DNA of 64,000 bases from Hormiphora californensis (GCA_020137815.1 CM035361.1:1612001-1676000), one strand, 5' to 3'; positions 37,751 through 50,538 are shown, counted from the stretch's first letter. The notes: generated by a model not told the origin, from the letters alone. Numbers and translations: made by a program.

Positions 37751-40416
37751 ATGATGAAAGAGAGTAGTAAGCACGTGACATTTGTCTCGGGGCCATCCCT
37801 GCGACCCTCTAGGAAGCAGGACAGTGCCCAGACTAGGGAGGTTCAGAGGAGGATTGATAAATGCAAATCAGCCGGGGATGCCAGGTATATAATTGGAGTT
37901 GATCTATGAAAACTAATAGAAAACATCTCGTTTTCTATTCAAAATGATTATCTTTTCTTCAAGAATTCTGAAATGTGTGAGAGACAAATGGAAATTTGGT
38001 GAATGGTTGTCATTGACAAGTTGACTCTATTCCTTTCTCACTCTCTTTGAATTACCTATTCGTGACAAATTGAATTTAAGGAAATTAACTTCGTCGTCCT
38101 GCTCCTTCATAAAACCTTCTCTCTCTCCCAGGATTGAGCTGATGGATCTCTCTCTCACAGAGATCCCTCCGACCATCTCGGGGCTAGCCAACCTAACAAC
38201 TCTCTGCATCTATAAGAACAAGCTCAGTACCCTGCCCCCTGAGATAGCCAAGTTGTCCAATCTGACCACCATTCTGGCAAGTGAGAACTCATTCACCACC
38301 CTACCCGGGGAGATGAAGAATTTGAAGAAGGTGAGGATACTGTGCCTTTTTTCAGGAACCGAACGACACAAGTAAACAACCAATCAGAACTCGTTATTTA
38401 GGTCACGTGACTGGTTATCAGCCAATCAGTGACCAGTATTTCCTGATTCTGTCGGTTCCTGGTGAGGTGACTTGCTTTGTTCTAACCCTTCTTTACATTT
38501 GGAGAGAGGGTCGAACAAGGCTGCCACTTGGTTTTATTAGTCAGCCGCGGTAGTATACATACCGGGGTTTTCTCAAGTTTAGTAATTTGTATAACCCTCT
38601 GCATTTTATCCCTACAACTCCTACAACTCCTACAATCTTTACAATTCCCTAAAGTTTTATAATTCCAGGTTGAAATTATAGATCTGCGTCACAGTAAACT
38701 AACGGCTGTTCCGCCTGTCATCTACGAACTGGAATCCCTAAAAAAGTTGATGATCAGTTATAATAAGCTAACCAGCTGTGTCGAAGATTTGGGGAAGTTA
38801 CGGAATTTAAAATCTCTGATTTTAATTGAGAACAAATTGGAGACATTGCCGGAGAGCATCGGAGAGCTGCGGTGTCTGGAATTACTAGATGTTGCTAAAA
38901 ACCAACTAACAGTGAGTACTGTACACAATATTGTACACACAAAATGTACACTTGTCCTAGACTTTAAACGGAAAACCCCCGGTTGGAATAATATGTAATA
39001 TTGTATTGTAATATTGTATTGCAATGTTTGCTAATATTGTATTCCGTGCGTTTCAGGTGTTACCAAATAGTATAGTTCAGTGCACCCAATTGTCCCAGTT
39101 AGTGGTGAAATACAACAAGCTTGAAACACTACCAGAGGGCTTGGGAAAACTTAAAAATCTTGTAAGTAGTTTTTTCAGGCTACGATTTGATTCGAGTTTG
39201 TATATTGTATTTCTAAAATATATTTATTGTTTCTAGTTCTACAAACTACGTGTTTAGAACTAACCAAAGGAATGTCATACAGTTAGATCAGTCTCCTGAG
39301 AACTAATCAGAGTGTTATACAGGTGCGGCTAAATGTGATGGGGAACAAGTTGATATCCCTTCCTGCAAGTATTTGTGCGTGTGTGAAACTCAAGGACCTG
39401 GTGTTGGATGAGAACAGACTAACAACCCTTCCTAAAGGTCTTCTGACGTCACTAACTCTACTGGATAGTATTGAGTTGTCTCGAAACTCATTCCCCAGCA
39501 TCCCCTCAGATGGTTAGTGAGAGATTTAGCAGATTTAAATTTAAATTGTGGCAGTTAAAGTTGTGGTTAGTAGGATATTTAACAGATCCAAGTTGTGATA
39601 AATCTAGGAAATTGAAAGTTGATAACCTATGTTTTACCTCTTTCATTCCCTTGTTTGATCCTATCTCCCAACTTTTCCCAATAATTAGCCCCCATTCTAG
39701 TAACAATCACCCCCATGCAGGTCCGAACAGTTTCAAGAACATCACAAACATCAATCTGGAGAAGAATAAGATCAACATAATCCCATACGGGGTGTTCAGC
39801 CTCGCTAAAAACCTCGTCAAACTAAACCTTAACGACATCGGTCTAACAAACCTCCCCTTTGACATGGGCGAATGGGTGACGTTAGTGGAGTTAAACCTGG
39901 CGTATAATCAACTAAAGAGCATCCCCGAGGACATTCAGTGTTTGAGAGAGCTCGCTCATCTGACCCTTAGCCACAATCAGTTGGAGTTTCTGCCTAAGGG
40001 TATTGGGCACCTTAGGAAACTGAAGGTGTTGGAGTGTGATGGAAACCAACTCAGAACTCTACCCCCTGAGATTGGGTATCTGTTGGAACTGGAGAAAGTT
40101 GAACTTACAAAGCAACATGTTGGGTTCTATTCCCCCACAAATCGGATCTCTGTATCGGCTTGGTGAACTGAATGTCAGTGAGAACTGTCTGAAACTTCTA
40201 CCGGAGGAAATTGGACATTTGGGGAAACTAAAAAAGTTGTTAATTAACAATAATTCACTGCTCCAGAACCTACCTGTCAAGTTGACCATGTGTTCGGAGT
40301 TGAACTATTTGAATATTGAGAATTGTCCGCTGTATGAGATTCCCAGTGAGTTTGTCCAGGGTGGACCACAGAATGTTCTTTATTACCTCACTTCAATTAG
40401 CCCCTACCACACTTAG
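37751..40416 (+). CDS. SHOC2/soc-2-like leucine-rich-repeat protein, paralog A
   Basis: Exons 37751-37884, 38132-38330, 38669-38911, 39057-39161, 39323-39512, 39721-40416 (one extra base near 40095); SHOC2-like DLRHSKL..PPVIY, IPYGVFS.AK.L.KLN, LPFDMGEW, LNIENCPL.EIP.E.V.GGP. Confidence 0.85.
38353..38461. mobile_element. 109-bp MITE with CAGGAACCGA TIR; same family as 60132-60240
   Basis: Reverse-complement match to 60132-60240; no clear TSD at this copy. Confidence 0.85.
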
Positions 40417-40519
40417 TTGTCGTTGTGTTTGTGTCTGTGTCTGTTTGTGTGTTTGTTTGTTTGTGTGTGACGTATTTGTGTGTACGGGGATGTTGTTGTT
40501 TTTGTTGTTTTAGCCCTCC

Positions 40520-41020
40520 CCCCCCCTATCTCTCTGCCCCCTATCTCTCTGCCCCATATCTCTGTCCCCCCATCCGATCTCTCTGCCAATATCTCTCTGT
40601 CCCCTCCTATCTCCCTGCCCCTATCTCTCTGTCCATCCCCGATCTCTCGCTCTCTGTCCCTCCCATATCTCTCTGCCACCTCCCCTATCTCTCTGTCCCC
40701 CCATATCTCTCTGCCACCTCCCCTATCTCTCTGTCCCCCCATATCTCTCTGTCTCCTCCCATCTCTCTGTCCCCCCTAATCTACTAAAACTTTCGAAGTA
40801 ACTGAAGTAAGTAATCCCTATCTTTCTGTCCCCGCTATCTCTCTGTCCCCTCCCCTATCTCTCTGCCCCTATCTCTCTGTCACCTCCCATCCCTCTCTGT
40901 CCCCTATCTCTCTGTCCCCTCCCCTATCTCTCTGCCCCTATCTCTCTGTCCCTCCCCTCCCTCTCTGTCCCCTCCCCTATCTCTCTGTCCCTATCTCTCT
41001 ATCCCCTCCCCTCTCCCTCT
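40520..41020. repeat. Degenerate CT-rich minisatellite (CCCTATCTCTCTGTCC)n
   Basis: Direct reading. Confidence 0.85.
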
Positions 41021-41082
41021 GCATGACAGACCAGGTTTCAGCATGTTATTTAATTGGGGGTCTTGTGTAAAATCTGACGTTA

Positions 41083-41230
41083 CAGTAGTGCTCCGTCATA
41101 TTGGCCAACCCGCCTTTGTCTACGACGTAATCCACAACGTCTCAGACGTAGTCCGCTAACACTGAATGGACGTAGTGGACCGTGTTGTGAACGGCGCTGT
41201 GCGGCCGGCCAATATGACGAAGCACAACTG
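41083..41230. mobile_element. 148-bp MITE
   Basis: 24-bp TIR CAGT(A/T)GTGCT(C/T)CGTCATATTGGCC, with TTA on both flanks. Confidence 0.8.
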
Positions 41231-41467
41231 TTACTATACCATACATGTGTCAACACATCTTTATCACTAGGAATTTAATCGCTGCCAGTCCATATGTTAT
41301 ATATGGCTTTAATATCTTGATCTTGCTCTATTGTCAAGTATTGACATGCTCCCTCTTGTTGGGGTATCCAGTATATCAAAGATAACCCCGCGTTTGACAG
41401 TTGATATATATAATTTAACTGACATTGTTAAAAGGTGACTAGTAGTAGAAACTAATAATAAATTATA

Positions 41468-41527
41468 CAGGGTGTTCATAATAAACCTTTACAAGCTCGT
41501 TTGATCTGTAATATAGTGAACACCCTG
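41468..41527. mobile_element. 60-bp micro-MITE related to 6951-7587
   Basis: TA-CAGGGTGTTCA...TGAACACCCTG-TA; shares the internal CTTTACAAGC. Confidence 0.75.
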
Positions 41528-41821
41528 TATATAATTTAACTTGGATCTCTAGTAGAAACTAACATATATATCTGACAAGATGGCATGGTGCATTGTTTTA
41601 TTTCATGTATATTTTTGTAACTGAGGGTTTTATAGTTTTTGTATTGCAACTACCTACAAAACTCAATATATATATATATTCTCTGTCTGTATATAATACG
41701 GTGTGAACTAATGATAAAGTGGGCATGGAAACTGGAGAGTTGTGTTTAGAAAGCTGATTTAGCTTGTTTACTCAACAAGTTTTAGCTTCATTTAAAACAA
41801 GTTGTGCCTTTTTGTAAAAAA

Positions 41822-42455
41822 GGGGGGGGTCCAGCCCTAAAAAAAGCTAAAGGTACCCTGATTTTGGTCGATAGCGTTTTTTATTTTAGCTTTTTTTAGC
41901 TTTTTTTAGCTTTTTTTAGCCCTACTTTTTATGTTTTTTCAGCATTCATCTTGACACTTTTCCATTAAATTTTCATCCTTCCGGACGTCTATTGACTGCA
42001 TTTGTTCATCTCCTGCACATTTTTTACCATAATCTACCGTTTATGTCCATACATAGCAATTTCTGTATCCACCCCTACTGCCATTTTCTGGAGACATTTT
42101 TTCGATAAAAATATTATTCAAATTTGATAAAAATAGTTTTAAAAAAGTTCAAAAAACGTTATAAAACGTTATAATAAAAGTTTAAAAAATTTGGCGTCAG
42201 CGGGATTCGAACCTATATGAATCCACTAAAAACTCAATTTTAGCTTTTTTTAGCTTTTTTTAGCTTTTTTAGCCTTAAAAAAGCTAAAAAAAGCTAAATA
42301 AAGCTAAATAAAGCTAAAAAAAGCTAAAAAAAGCTAAAAAAAGCTAAAAAAAAGCTAAAAAAAGCTAAAAAAAAGCTAAAAAAAGGCTAAAAAAAGCTAA
42401 AGGTACCCTGATTTTGGCCGTTAGCTTAGCTTTTTTTAGGGCTGGACCCCCCCCC
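41822..42455. mobile_element. Foldback-like element with (TTTTTTAGC)n subrepeats in both orientations
   Basis: TIR GGGGGGGGTCCAGCCCTAAAAAAAGCTAA at both ends; tRNA 3'-half-like piece near 42192-42213 (minus). Confidence 0.75.
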
Positions 42456-42887
42456 AAAAAAGGATTATTTTTGGGAGTTTTCTGATTTTTAGGAGCTGCA
42501 ATTGAATGGATTGAGACGCAGTCAGTTTTGACACGCGTGATAGTGTGTTTCCAGCGCGTCAATTGATAAGTCTGTTTAGCATTTTTCTCGTTTGAAATTC
42601 TGCGTTTTATTTTCGCATGCAATGCCCATATATAACTCCCTGAATTAACTCCCTGAATTTTATCCCTCTCTCTTTACATCTCCCCTTTCTCTAACTCATT
42701 TTCCCCTTTTCATTTCTTTTTCATTCCCTCAATCCATCTCCCTACGTCTCCCTATGTATTGCAATTCTATCAGTTATATATTCTGAAGATCACCCGAGAC
42801 AAATATTTGACGTCAGGACCTCCCTCCCTGTTTTATGTCTCAGGCCACTATAAACTGTCTCGCTTTCTCTATCACCAACCCTCTGTG

Positions 42888-42978
<91 letters not shown>

Positions 42979-43496
42979 GGCCCATAAACTATCACTCTCA
43001 ACAGTCAACCTATCAACTTTTAGTCTCGCATTCTATCTCCTCCCCATCACGCACACATGCTGTATAATAAGTCTCATTTTGACTTCTTTAGCTCTGTGCT
43101 ATTCCCTGTACTTCTGTAGTGGCCCTAACCCCAATCTTAGCCTCCCTCTTCCCCATACTTCCCTATACTTCTGTAGTGGCCCTCTTCTCTCTGTAGTGAC
43201 CCCTGTGTGGTACCCCAATCTAAACCCATCTTCCCTCTGTAGTGACCCCTGTGTGGTACCCCAATCTAAACCTCCCTCTTCTCCCCTATTTTAGCAAGGT
43301 ATGCTTCACTCTCCGTAGTACCTCAGTGTACCAGCTCCACTATCCAGCAGTACCAGCTCCACTATCCAGCAGCTGCAGTATAGTGTACCAGAGTGGAGAA
43401 GTGTACCAGTAGTACCACTACCACTCACAGCTCCGATCCAGTACCTCCCACCAGCAGTACCACTACCACTACCAGTAGTGTACCAGCTGTAGTATC

Positions 43497-46400
43497 ATGT
43501 CGTCTAAGCATGTCAAGTTCTTCCCGGTACCTGGATTCAAGAAGGCCCCTACTGTCAAGAAGACCCCTTCATTCAAGTAGGGCTAACTGTATACTTGCTT
43601 CTACTTCATGTCGATAAAATATTTGTATATTTCAATTAGTTGATAAATAGCTCCAATTTTTAATTAGCTAATTAGTTTCCCTTGCTTTAATTAGCATCCT
43701 CTCCTCCTTAGTAAGTCTGATATCCGATCTGAGCTGTCAAGGCGGTTAGAACGATGTAAAGAAGGGCAACTGACAGGTATAAATACGATTACCCACTTCT
43801 CTGGCCACTACAACAGTTGTAGTACAACTCTGGCTACTATAACTCTGGCTATTACAACTCTGGCTAGTAGCCACAGTTGTATACAACTCTGGCTACTAGG
43901 GGTGCAACTCTGGCTATTACGAAGTCCCGCTTATAGAAGAAATATAACGCCGTATTACACGTTATTATATCGTTGTCAGGGACGTATCCTTGGGAGAAGG
44001 TGTCGGACAGTGAGACGATAGGTGCTGTGATCGACAGAGTTCTTAAGAGGTTATACCAAGAGAGGACTGCAGTAGAGACCATGCAATTAGACAATAGACG
44101 TTCAGTCAGATGTGGTTGGCTTGGAGAGAGGATGTGGTCCCGATGGGATTCATGTGTTCAGCTGGCTGTCAGAGTATTGGCTTGACCCATTTTCGTTTCT
44201 CGCATGAGAACTGTGGTCAAAGCATTGGCCTGACAGTCAGCTGGAGAAGCCTGTACGATATGGGGGAGAGAATGGTTGGCTTCATTCTATCCCTGAGACC
44301 AAAGCAGGCCTGATCTTATATTGAATTCTCGCGAGAGATAAAGACGGTGAACTGGTGGGATCAGCTTATTTGTCCTGCTAATGGTTGGAAGTGTTTCAAC
44401 ATAGCAATGGAGGTTGGGTCTCGGGGTCAGGTAGCGGACAGCCTGACTAGATCAGCTTCCAGGCGAGGGTTCAGAGGTAGGGGACCGAGGAAACTGGTGA
44501 AGGATACGGGGAGAGATGCTGCTCGCTGTTCCATGTGGAACTACTTCCTGTCGGGCGTCGGCGAAGAAGGAGTGGGAGTACATGAAAGTGGAGTAGTTGA
44601 ATCAGTGGACCCCAGTCCATACATTTATTCATTCCGGACAACTGGGTATAGATCGAACGGTGGTCTCAGATTATCAAGATTGCCGGGGCGCCTGGCTTAG
44701 TAACTTGTGTACCCGCACCGAATTAAGGCCAGAGGGGGGGTCCGGGGTATAAAAAGTCACTTTCGGTCTCTGGTCTGGCTCGAAGAGCCGGACCAGATGA
44801 TGTGCTCAGAATCGATTTTTTTGCACCGTCTTGGAGAAAAGTGAGGTTAACTTTTGTCCAAAATTCAATGTTATCCTCATTTATTCATGAACCACAATTG
44901 CTGAGAAGCTAAATTTAGTACTGAATGATAGATCTAGTTACAAGGTCAACTTAAAAGAAGTTTCAGACCTCTACACCTAAAGGTTGGAAAATTATCTGAG
45001 GTTAACTTGATCCCCGAAAACTATGTTTTTCTTGAATAGCTCGGGTGAAACGATGTCAGGTTTACGGCTGATGAGTTCGATCTGAGTCTCCGTTTCTGGC
45101 GAGTATCCGCTGTCCACGTTTACTATCTTAGTAGACGGCCGACAGCGGGTCTCGGTCTTTCCGCTGTTGTTGTCAGAGCTCTTGGTGTTGTTAGGTGCGG
45201 AGGTTGCTGTAGTGGCGGGATTCGATTCCTTGGGGTTGGCCTGGAAGCAATCACCATGTTCTCAACTTATCAGTACAGAGCACTTTATCCAGCAAACCAA
45301 TAACCTATTACCTAACTCGTGTATATTAATGCGTGTAGTGTGTACCTAGCTACCTATCACCTAATGAGTCGGTGTTCTGTTGCATACATAGGCGGGGTCG
45401 TTTGGTAGCCAGAGATGCACTCCTAGTAGCCAGAGTTGTGTACAACTGTGGCTACTAGCCAGAGTTGTAGTAGCCAGAATTGTAGTAGCCAGAGTTGTAG
45501 TGGCCAGAGAAGTGGGTCACCTATAAATACACAGTGTCAATCACACAGTGTGTGATTCACTGAGTGTGTGATTCACTGAATGTGTGATTCACACAGTAAC
45601 CACATCGCATAGTAACCACACAGTGTGATAACCTTTGTGATTCACACAGTGTGATTTTTTGGATCCTCCCCGTGCTATTAGTAATCCCCCTCTCTATGAA
45701 CTATGAAGTTAGTAATAACTAAACAAGTAATCCCCCTCTCCAATTGCAGGTTTAGAGCTTCCCTCAGTAATCCCCCTCCCCCAATTGCAGGTTTAGATTT
45801 GAGTAACCTGGTGCTTCGTGAACTTCCCTCAGCCACCCTACACTTCAAAAACATCACCGAGATGTTTGTCTATAAGAACAAGTTGTCCACTTTCCCCGCC
45901 GAGATATACAGGTTTGTTTGTTTGTTTGTTTGTTTGTTTGTTTGTTTGTTTGTTTGTTTGTTTGTTTGTTTGTTTGTTTAGGAACCTGGGTCTTGGGATA
46001 CTGGGTTCCCCCTTATCTGATCTTGGTCTTTCTGATAGAGATATTTAAATGTGTAATACAGGTAGAGAGAACCAAATTAAGACTAATAACTCCCTCTTGT
46101 CAACTCTTGACAGAACTCTTCGCTTGTCACCATGGTAACCTGTCACCATGGCAACCCCCCTTCGTCTGAGAGTTCTCGATATTATATATAGGCAAAGTGA
46201 TAGGAATTAATATGCTGGGAAAATATATTACAGTCGGACCCCGATTTAACGGCCCCCGATTTAGCGGCACCCCGATTTAACGGCACCATAATCTTCCCCC
46301 GATATAGAAAATTAACAGTATTTGACCCCGATTTAGCGGACACCCCGATTTAACGGACAAAACCCTTTCCCCCAAGGGTGCCGTTAAATCGGGGTCCGAC

Positions 46401-48094
46401 TGTAGTTAAGTCTCCGTGTTACGTCGCCATTTAAAGCGCCCCTAAACTGTTTTAATATTACTGAACTAAACAGTGTTAATGTTTTAATGTTACTAAACCC
46501 TTTCAGGCTGTGTAATTTAAGGACGATAGGAGCGGCAGAAAATAACATAACAGACCTTCCCGCTGAGATGGCTCAACTTCGAAAACTGGAGGTCCTAGAC
46601 CTGAGGTATGTACATTGTACAATGTACAATGTACTTATTTACTGTACAATGTACAATGCACAATTTGTACATTGTACAGTAAATAAGTTGAATAATCGGT
46701 TTGATTCCGGCCCTCGCCAGATATTTTTAGTCCTGATCAGATCTCATTCATTATAGCTGAATTATTATTCTCAAATTTATTGATGAGGGTTTTAAAGACA
46801 AAAAAGTAATTTTAAACTAAAACAATTCCTTTGCAGGCACAACAAGCTAACTGATATTCCGGCTGTGATCTACCGAATAACTTCCCTCCGAAAACTCTTT
46901 CTAAACTTCAACAAACTCACTTCCATAGCTCCAGAGATAGGCTGCCTGAGTGAGCTGCGATCTCTAACCCTCAATGACAACAGGATCACATCTCTACCTG
47001 ACACCATCGGTGATCTATCTAACCTTGATCTACTGGACTGTGCAAAGAATCACCTGACTGAGCTCCCACTAACGATTGTGTGTTGCAGGAGCATGTCTCA
47101 GTTGGTGTTGAAATACAATAAACTAACAGAGATACCCCTGAGAATTGGGGATTTAAAGAGATTGTGCCGGTTGAATCTGTCTGGTAATAAACTAGTATCA
47201 CTCCCAGAGAGTATTACTCAGTGTACTCTCCTCTCAGATCTAGTACTCAGTGAAAATAAACTCAGTTCAGTGCCGGTGCACCTTCTACAAAAGTTATCCC
47301 AGATCACATCGTTTTCAATATCCCGAAACGAATTCACAGCTGTCCCCTCCACGTCCCCCGATTGTTATAAGAACATCCAAGTTCTGAATCTCCAGGGGAA
47401 TAAGATCCGGATTATACCACATGGGATCTTCAAGAAGGCCCCCAAACTTATCAAGTTGAACCTGTCTAACATGGCCCTTCAGATGCTCCCATTTGATCTG
47501 GAGAGCTGGAGTGGAATTGTGGAGTTGAACATCTCTAACAACTCTCTAACCTCTCTCCCGGATGATATTGGCCACCTCACTGAGCTAGAGACACTGTGTC
47601 TCAGCTTTAATGCGATAGAGAGTTTACCTGTTACGATAGGAGGCCTAACAAAGGTCCGGGTACTGGATATAGAGAGTAACAGCCTGAAATCAATACCAAT
47701 GGAAATTGAGTACATGTCCCTACTGGAGAGGCTGAATTTGAAAGATAACCAACTTGCAGCACTGCCTCCTGAGATAGGTTACCTCTCCAACCTGTGGGAC
47801 TTGAATCTCAGTGAAAATAATCTCCGGACCCTACCCAGTGAGATAGGGGAGTTGCGGAGTTTACAGCGGCTGAATCTGGCATCCAATACATTCCTGAACA
47901 TGTTACCTGTCGAGATTATCAGGTGTTTCCTGTTGAACTACCTGAACTTGGAACATTGCCCACTTTATGATATACCCGCTCATGTGGTACAGGGTGGCCC
48001 CCAGGGTGTCCTTATTTACCTGAAGGAAATTGGACCATATTTTAACCGAGATATGATGGTGGAGTTTGAGGAAGATGATGAGTTGGTTTTATGA
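43497..48094 (+). CDS. SHOC2/soc-2-like leucine-rich-repeat protein, paralog B
   Basis: Phase-consistent exons 43497-43576, 43712-43776, 45791-45911, 46507-46605, 46837-48094; LDLRHNKLTDIPAVIY, IPHGIF..A.KL.KLN, LEHCPLYDIP..VVQGGP. Confidence 0.88.
43787..45521. mobile_element. MULE-like non-autonomous element, 1735 bp, inserted 10 nt into intron 2 of SHOC2-like B
   Basis: 9-bp TSD TATAAATAC (43778-43786, 45522-45530); G..C termini; about 115-130-bp TIRs built of CAACTCTGGCTA subrepeats. Confidence 0.85.
46231..46402. mobile_element. 172-bp pogo/Tc1-type MITE
   Basis: TA TSD; perfect 22-bp TIR CAGTCGGACCCCGATTTAACGG; internal CCCCGATTTA repeats. Confidence 0.9.
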
Positions 48095-48937
48095 AGGAGC
48101 ACTTCAGAATCTTGGTTTTATGAAGGAGCACTTCGGAGTGTTGGTTTTATGAAGGAGCACTTCGGAGTGTTGGTTTTATGAAGGAGCACTTCGGAGTGTT
48201 GGTTTTATGAAGGAGCACTTCGGAGTGTTGGTTTTATGAAGGAGCACTTCGGAGTGTTGGTTTCATGAAGGAGCACTTCGGAGTGTTGGTTTTATGAAGG
48301 AGCACTTCGGAGTGTTGGTTTTATGAAGGAGCACTTCGGAGTGTTGGTTTTATGAAGGAGCACTTCGGAGTGTTGGTTTTATGAAGGAGCACTTCGGAGT
48401 GTTGGTTTTATGAAGGAGCACTTCGGAGTGTTGGTTTTATGAAGGAGCACTTCGGAGTGTTGGTTTTATGAAGGAGCACTTCAGATTGTTGGTTTTATGA
48501 AGGAGCACTTCGGAGTGTTGGTTTTATGAAGGAGCACTTCGGAGTGTTGGTTTTATGAAGGAGCACTTCGGAGTGTTGGTTTCATGAAGGAGCACTTCGG
48601 AGTGTTGGTTTTATGAAGGAGCACTTCGGAGTGTTGGTTTTATGAAGGAGCACTTCGGAGTGTTGGTTTTATGAAGGAGCACTTCGGAATGTTGGTTTTA
48701 TGAAGGAGCACTTCGGAGTGTTGGTTTCATGAAGGAGCACTTCGGAGTGTTGGTTTTATGAAGGAGCACTTCGGAGTGTTGGTTTTATGAAGGAGCACTT
48801 CGGAGTGTTGGTTTTATGAAGGAGCACTTCGGAGTGTTGGTTTTATGAAGGAGCACTTCGGAGTGTTGGTTTTATGAAGGAGCACTTCGGAGTGTTGGTT
48901 TTATGAAGGAGCACTTCGGAATGTTGGTTTTATGAAG
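48083..48937. repeat. 29-bp satellite (TTGGTTTTATGAAGGAGCACTTCGGAGTG), about 29.5 copies, starting inside the SHOC2-like B CDS
   Basis: Direct reading; the first unit encodes L-V-L-stop. Confidence 0.95.
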
Positions 48938-49357
48938 CAACAGTCACATGTTTTGAGAGTGAGATGATAAATCTTTGTCATCTTTGTGAATAAGAGTACT
49001 AAATTATTGGCCTTTTTTCTTTTAGTACTACCGTTGTCTCTTTCGTCTTGTTAACTAACTTAACAGGTATAGCATGAAGATAAAATGTTGTGACTTGTTT
49101 GATTTTCTTTAAAAATATAGGATATTGCTGTCTGTAAACTTTTGCCCTAAATACATTGCAGTGTGCGTATTATTCTTATACTGCTTACATATATCAGAGA
49201 AAGTGTCTCACTGCTAATACATTGTATTACTCTCCGTTGCGAGAGCTGTGTGAGAAAATGTTTTATTTTTTCTGTTTTTAAAATAACGTTTTACTTCTTG
49301 TTTCCGAATTTCCCAAAATAACCTTTAAACATTTCCCTCTCTAGCTCTAGAGTGCTA

Positions 49358-50182
49358 ATGGCGTTTCGATTTAATTTTTATCCAGAAAAGGAAAATCTCT
49401 CCGACAACGCCAGTTCTACAATTACTCCTTCATCAAAACAACCATCACCTCTCCCTGCCTGTTTACCAGATGCCAAGTTAATACCCTACGACCCATCTTG
49501 TGTAGTTACACTTTTCCAAAAGTGGACTGACCTAACTGTTGACGGTGGTTCCCTCTCATACCTATCATCATTACCCTACAACACCGGCAACTCCGACCTA
49601 GATGCAGGGGTGTATGAGGGAGGTTTTGTGGTGTGGGAGTGTACTATTGACCTCATAAGATACCTCAACGATAACAAACCCAACACCCCAACAAGAGTCC
49701 TAGATCTGGGGTGTGGGTGTGGGTTGCTAGGATGCGTTGCTAGGAGGATCTATCCTGGTTGCCAGTTGGACTTCCAGGACTTTAACAGTGACGTCATAAA
49801 GGGGTTTACAATACCAAACTTCCATAAAAACTGCTATGATATGGAATCTAGTGGCACTGGTGAAAATGTAAGGTTTATCAGTGGTGACTGGTCGGAAATA
49901 TCGCCACTTCTTCATCAAACCTACGATTTGATCCTCAGTTCGGAGACTATTTACAACACTGAGTCCCAGAATAAGATCCTACAACTCCTCCTGCAACATC
50001 TTGATCGAGATGTGGGCGTGGCATATTTCGCCGCCAAACGGCACTATTTTGGGGTTGGAGGGGGCGTGTTGGACTTCACTGAACTGGTTAAAAGTTCCGG
50101 GGTTTTGGATTGTGAGGTGGTTTGGAGTAGTGAGGAAGGTTTGAAACGAGACATACTGAAAATATCACACAAGAGGAAATGA
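49358..50182 (+). CDS. METTL18: Histidine protein methyltransferase 1 homolog, intronless, 274 aa
   Basis: MAFRFNF start, YEGGFVVWECTIDL, VLDLGCGCGL, FQDFN, SGDW, YDLILSSETIY, AKRHYFGVGGG. Confidence 0.93.
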   Translation: MAFRFNFYPEKENLSDNASSTITPSSKQPSPLPACLPDAKLIPYDPSCVVTLFQKWTDLTVDGGSLSYLSSLPYNTGNSDLDAGVYEGGFVVWECTIDLIRYLNDNKPNTPTRVLDLGCGCGLLGCVARRIYPGCQLDFQDFNSDVIKGFTIPNFHKNCYDMESSGTGENVRFISGDWSEISPLLHQTYDLILSSETIYNTESQNKILQLLLQHLDRDVGVAYFAAKRHYFGVGGGVLDFTELVKSSGVLDCEVVWSSEEGLKRDILKISHKRK

Positions 50183-50402
50183 GGATTATTATCTGTTCTG
50201 GACGTGGTTCATACTCACCACGTTTTTAAGAAGTTTCAGTGCTAGTCTTACCGAGCTATATTAACCGTGGCAATTCTGCAGAACTGGGTCGATGGTTTCT
50301 GAAGCAATATAGTCTCACTTAAATTCGAATTGCTCTCCCCCCATCGTGGGTTGACTTGCGTCACTCCTAACTACTTGCTTTTTATCTTTACGTTGTGTCG
50401 TG

Positions 50403-50449
<47 letters not shown>

Positions 50450-50472
50450 CTCTCTTTCTCCCCACTCTCCCA

Positions 50473-50538
<66 letters not shown>

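Noticed and set aside
48083-48937. 29-bp array as a CRISPR locus
   Set aside because: Head-to-tail units without unique spacers, no cas genes, eukaryotic context.
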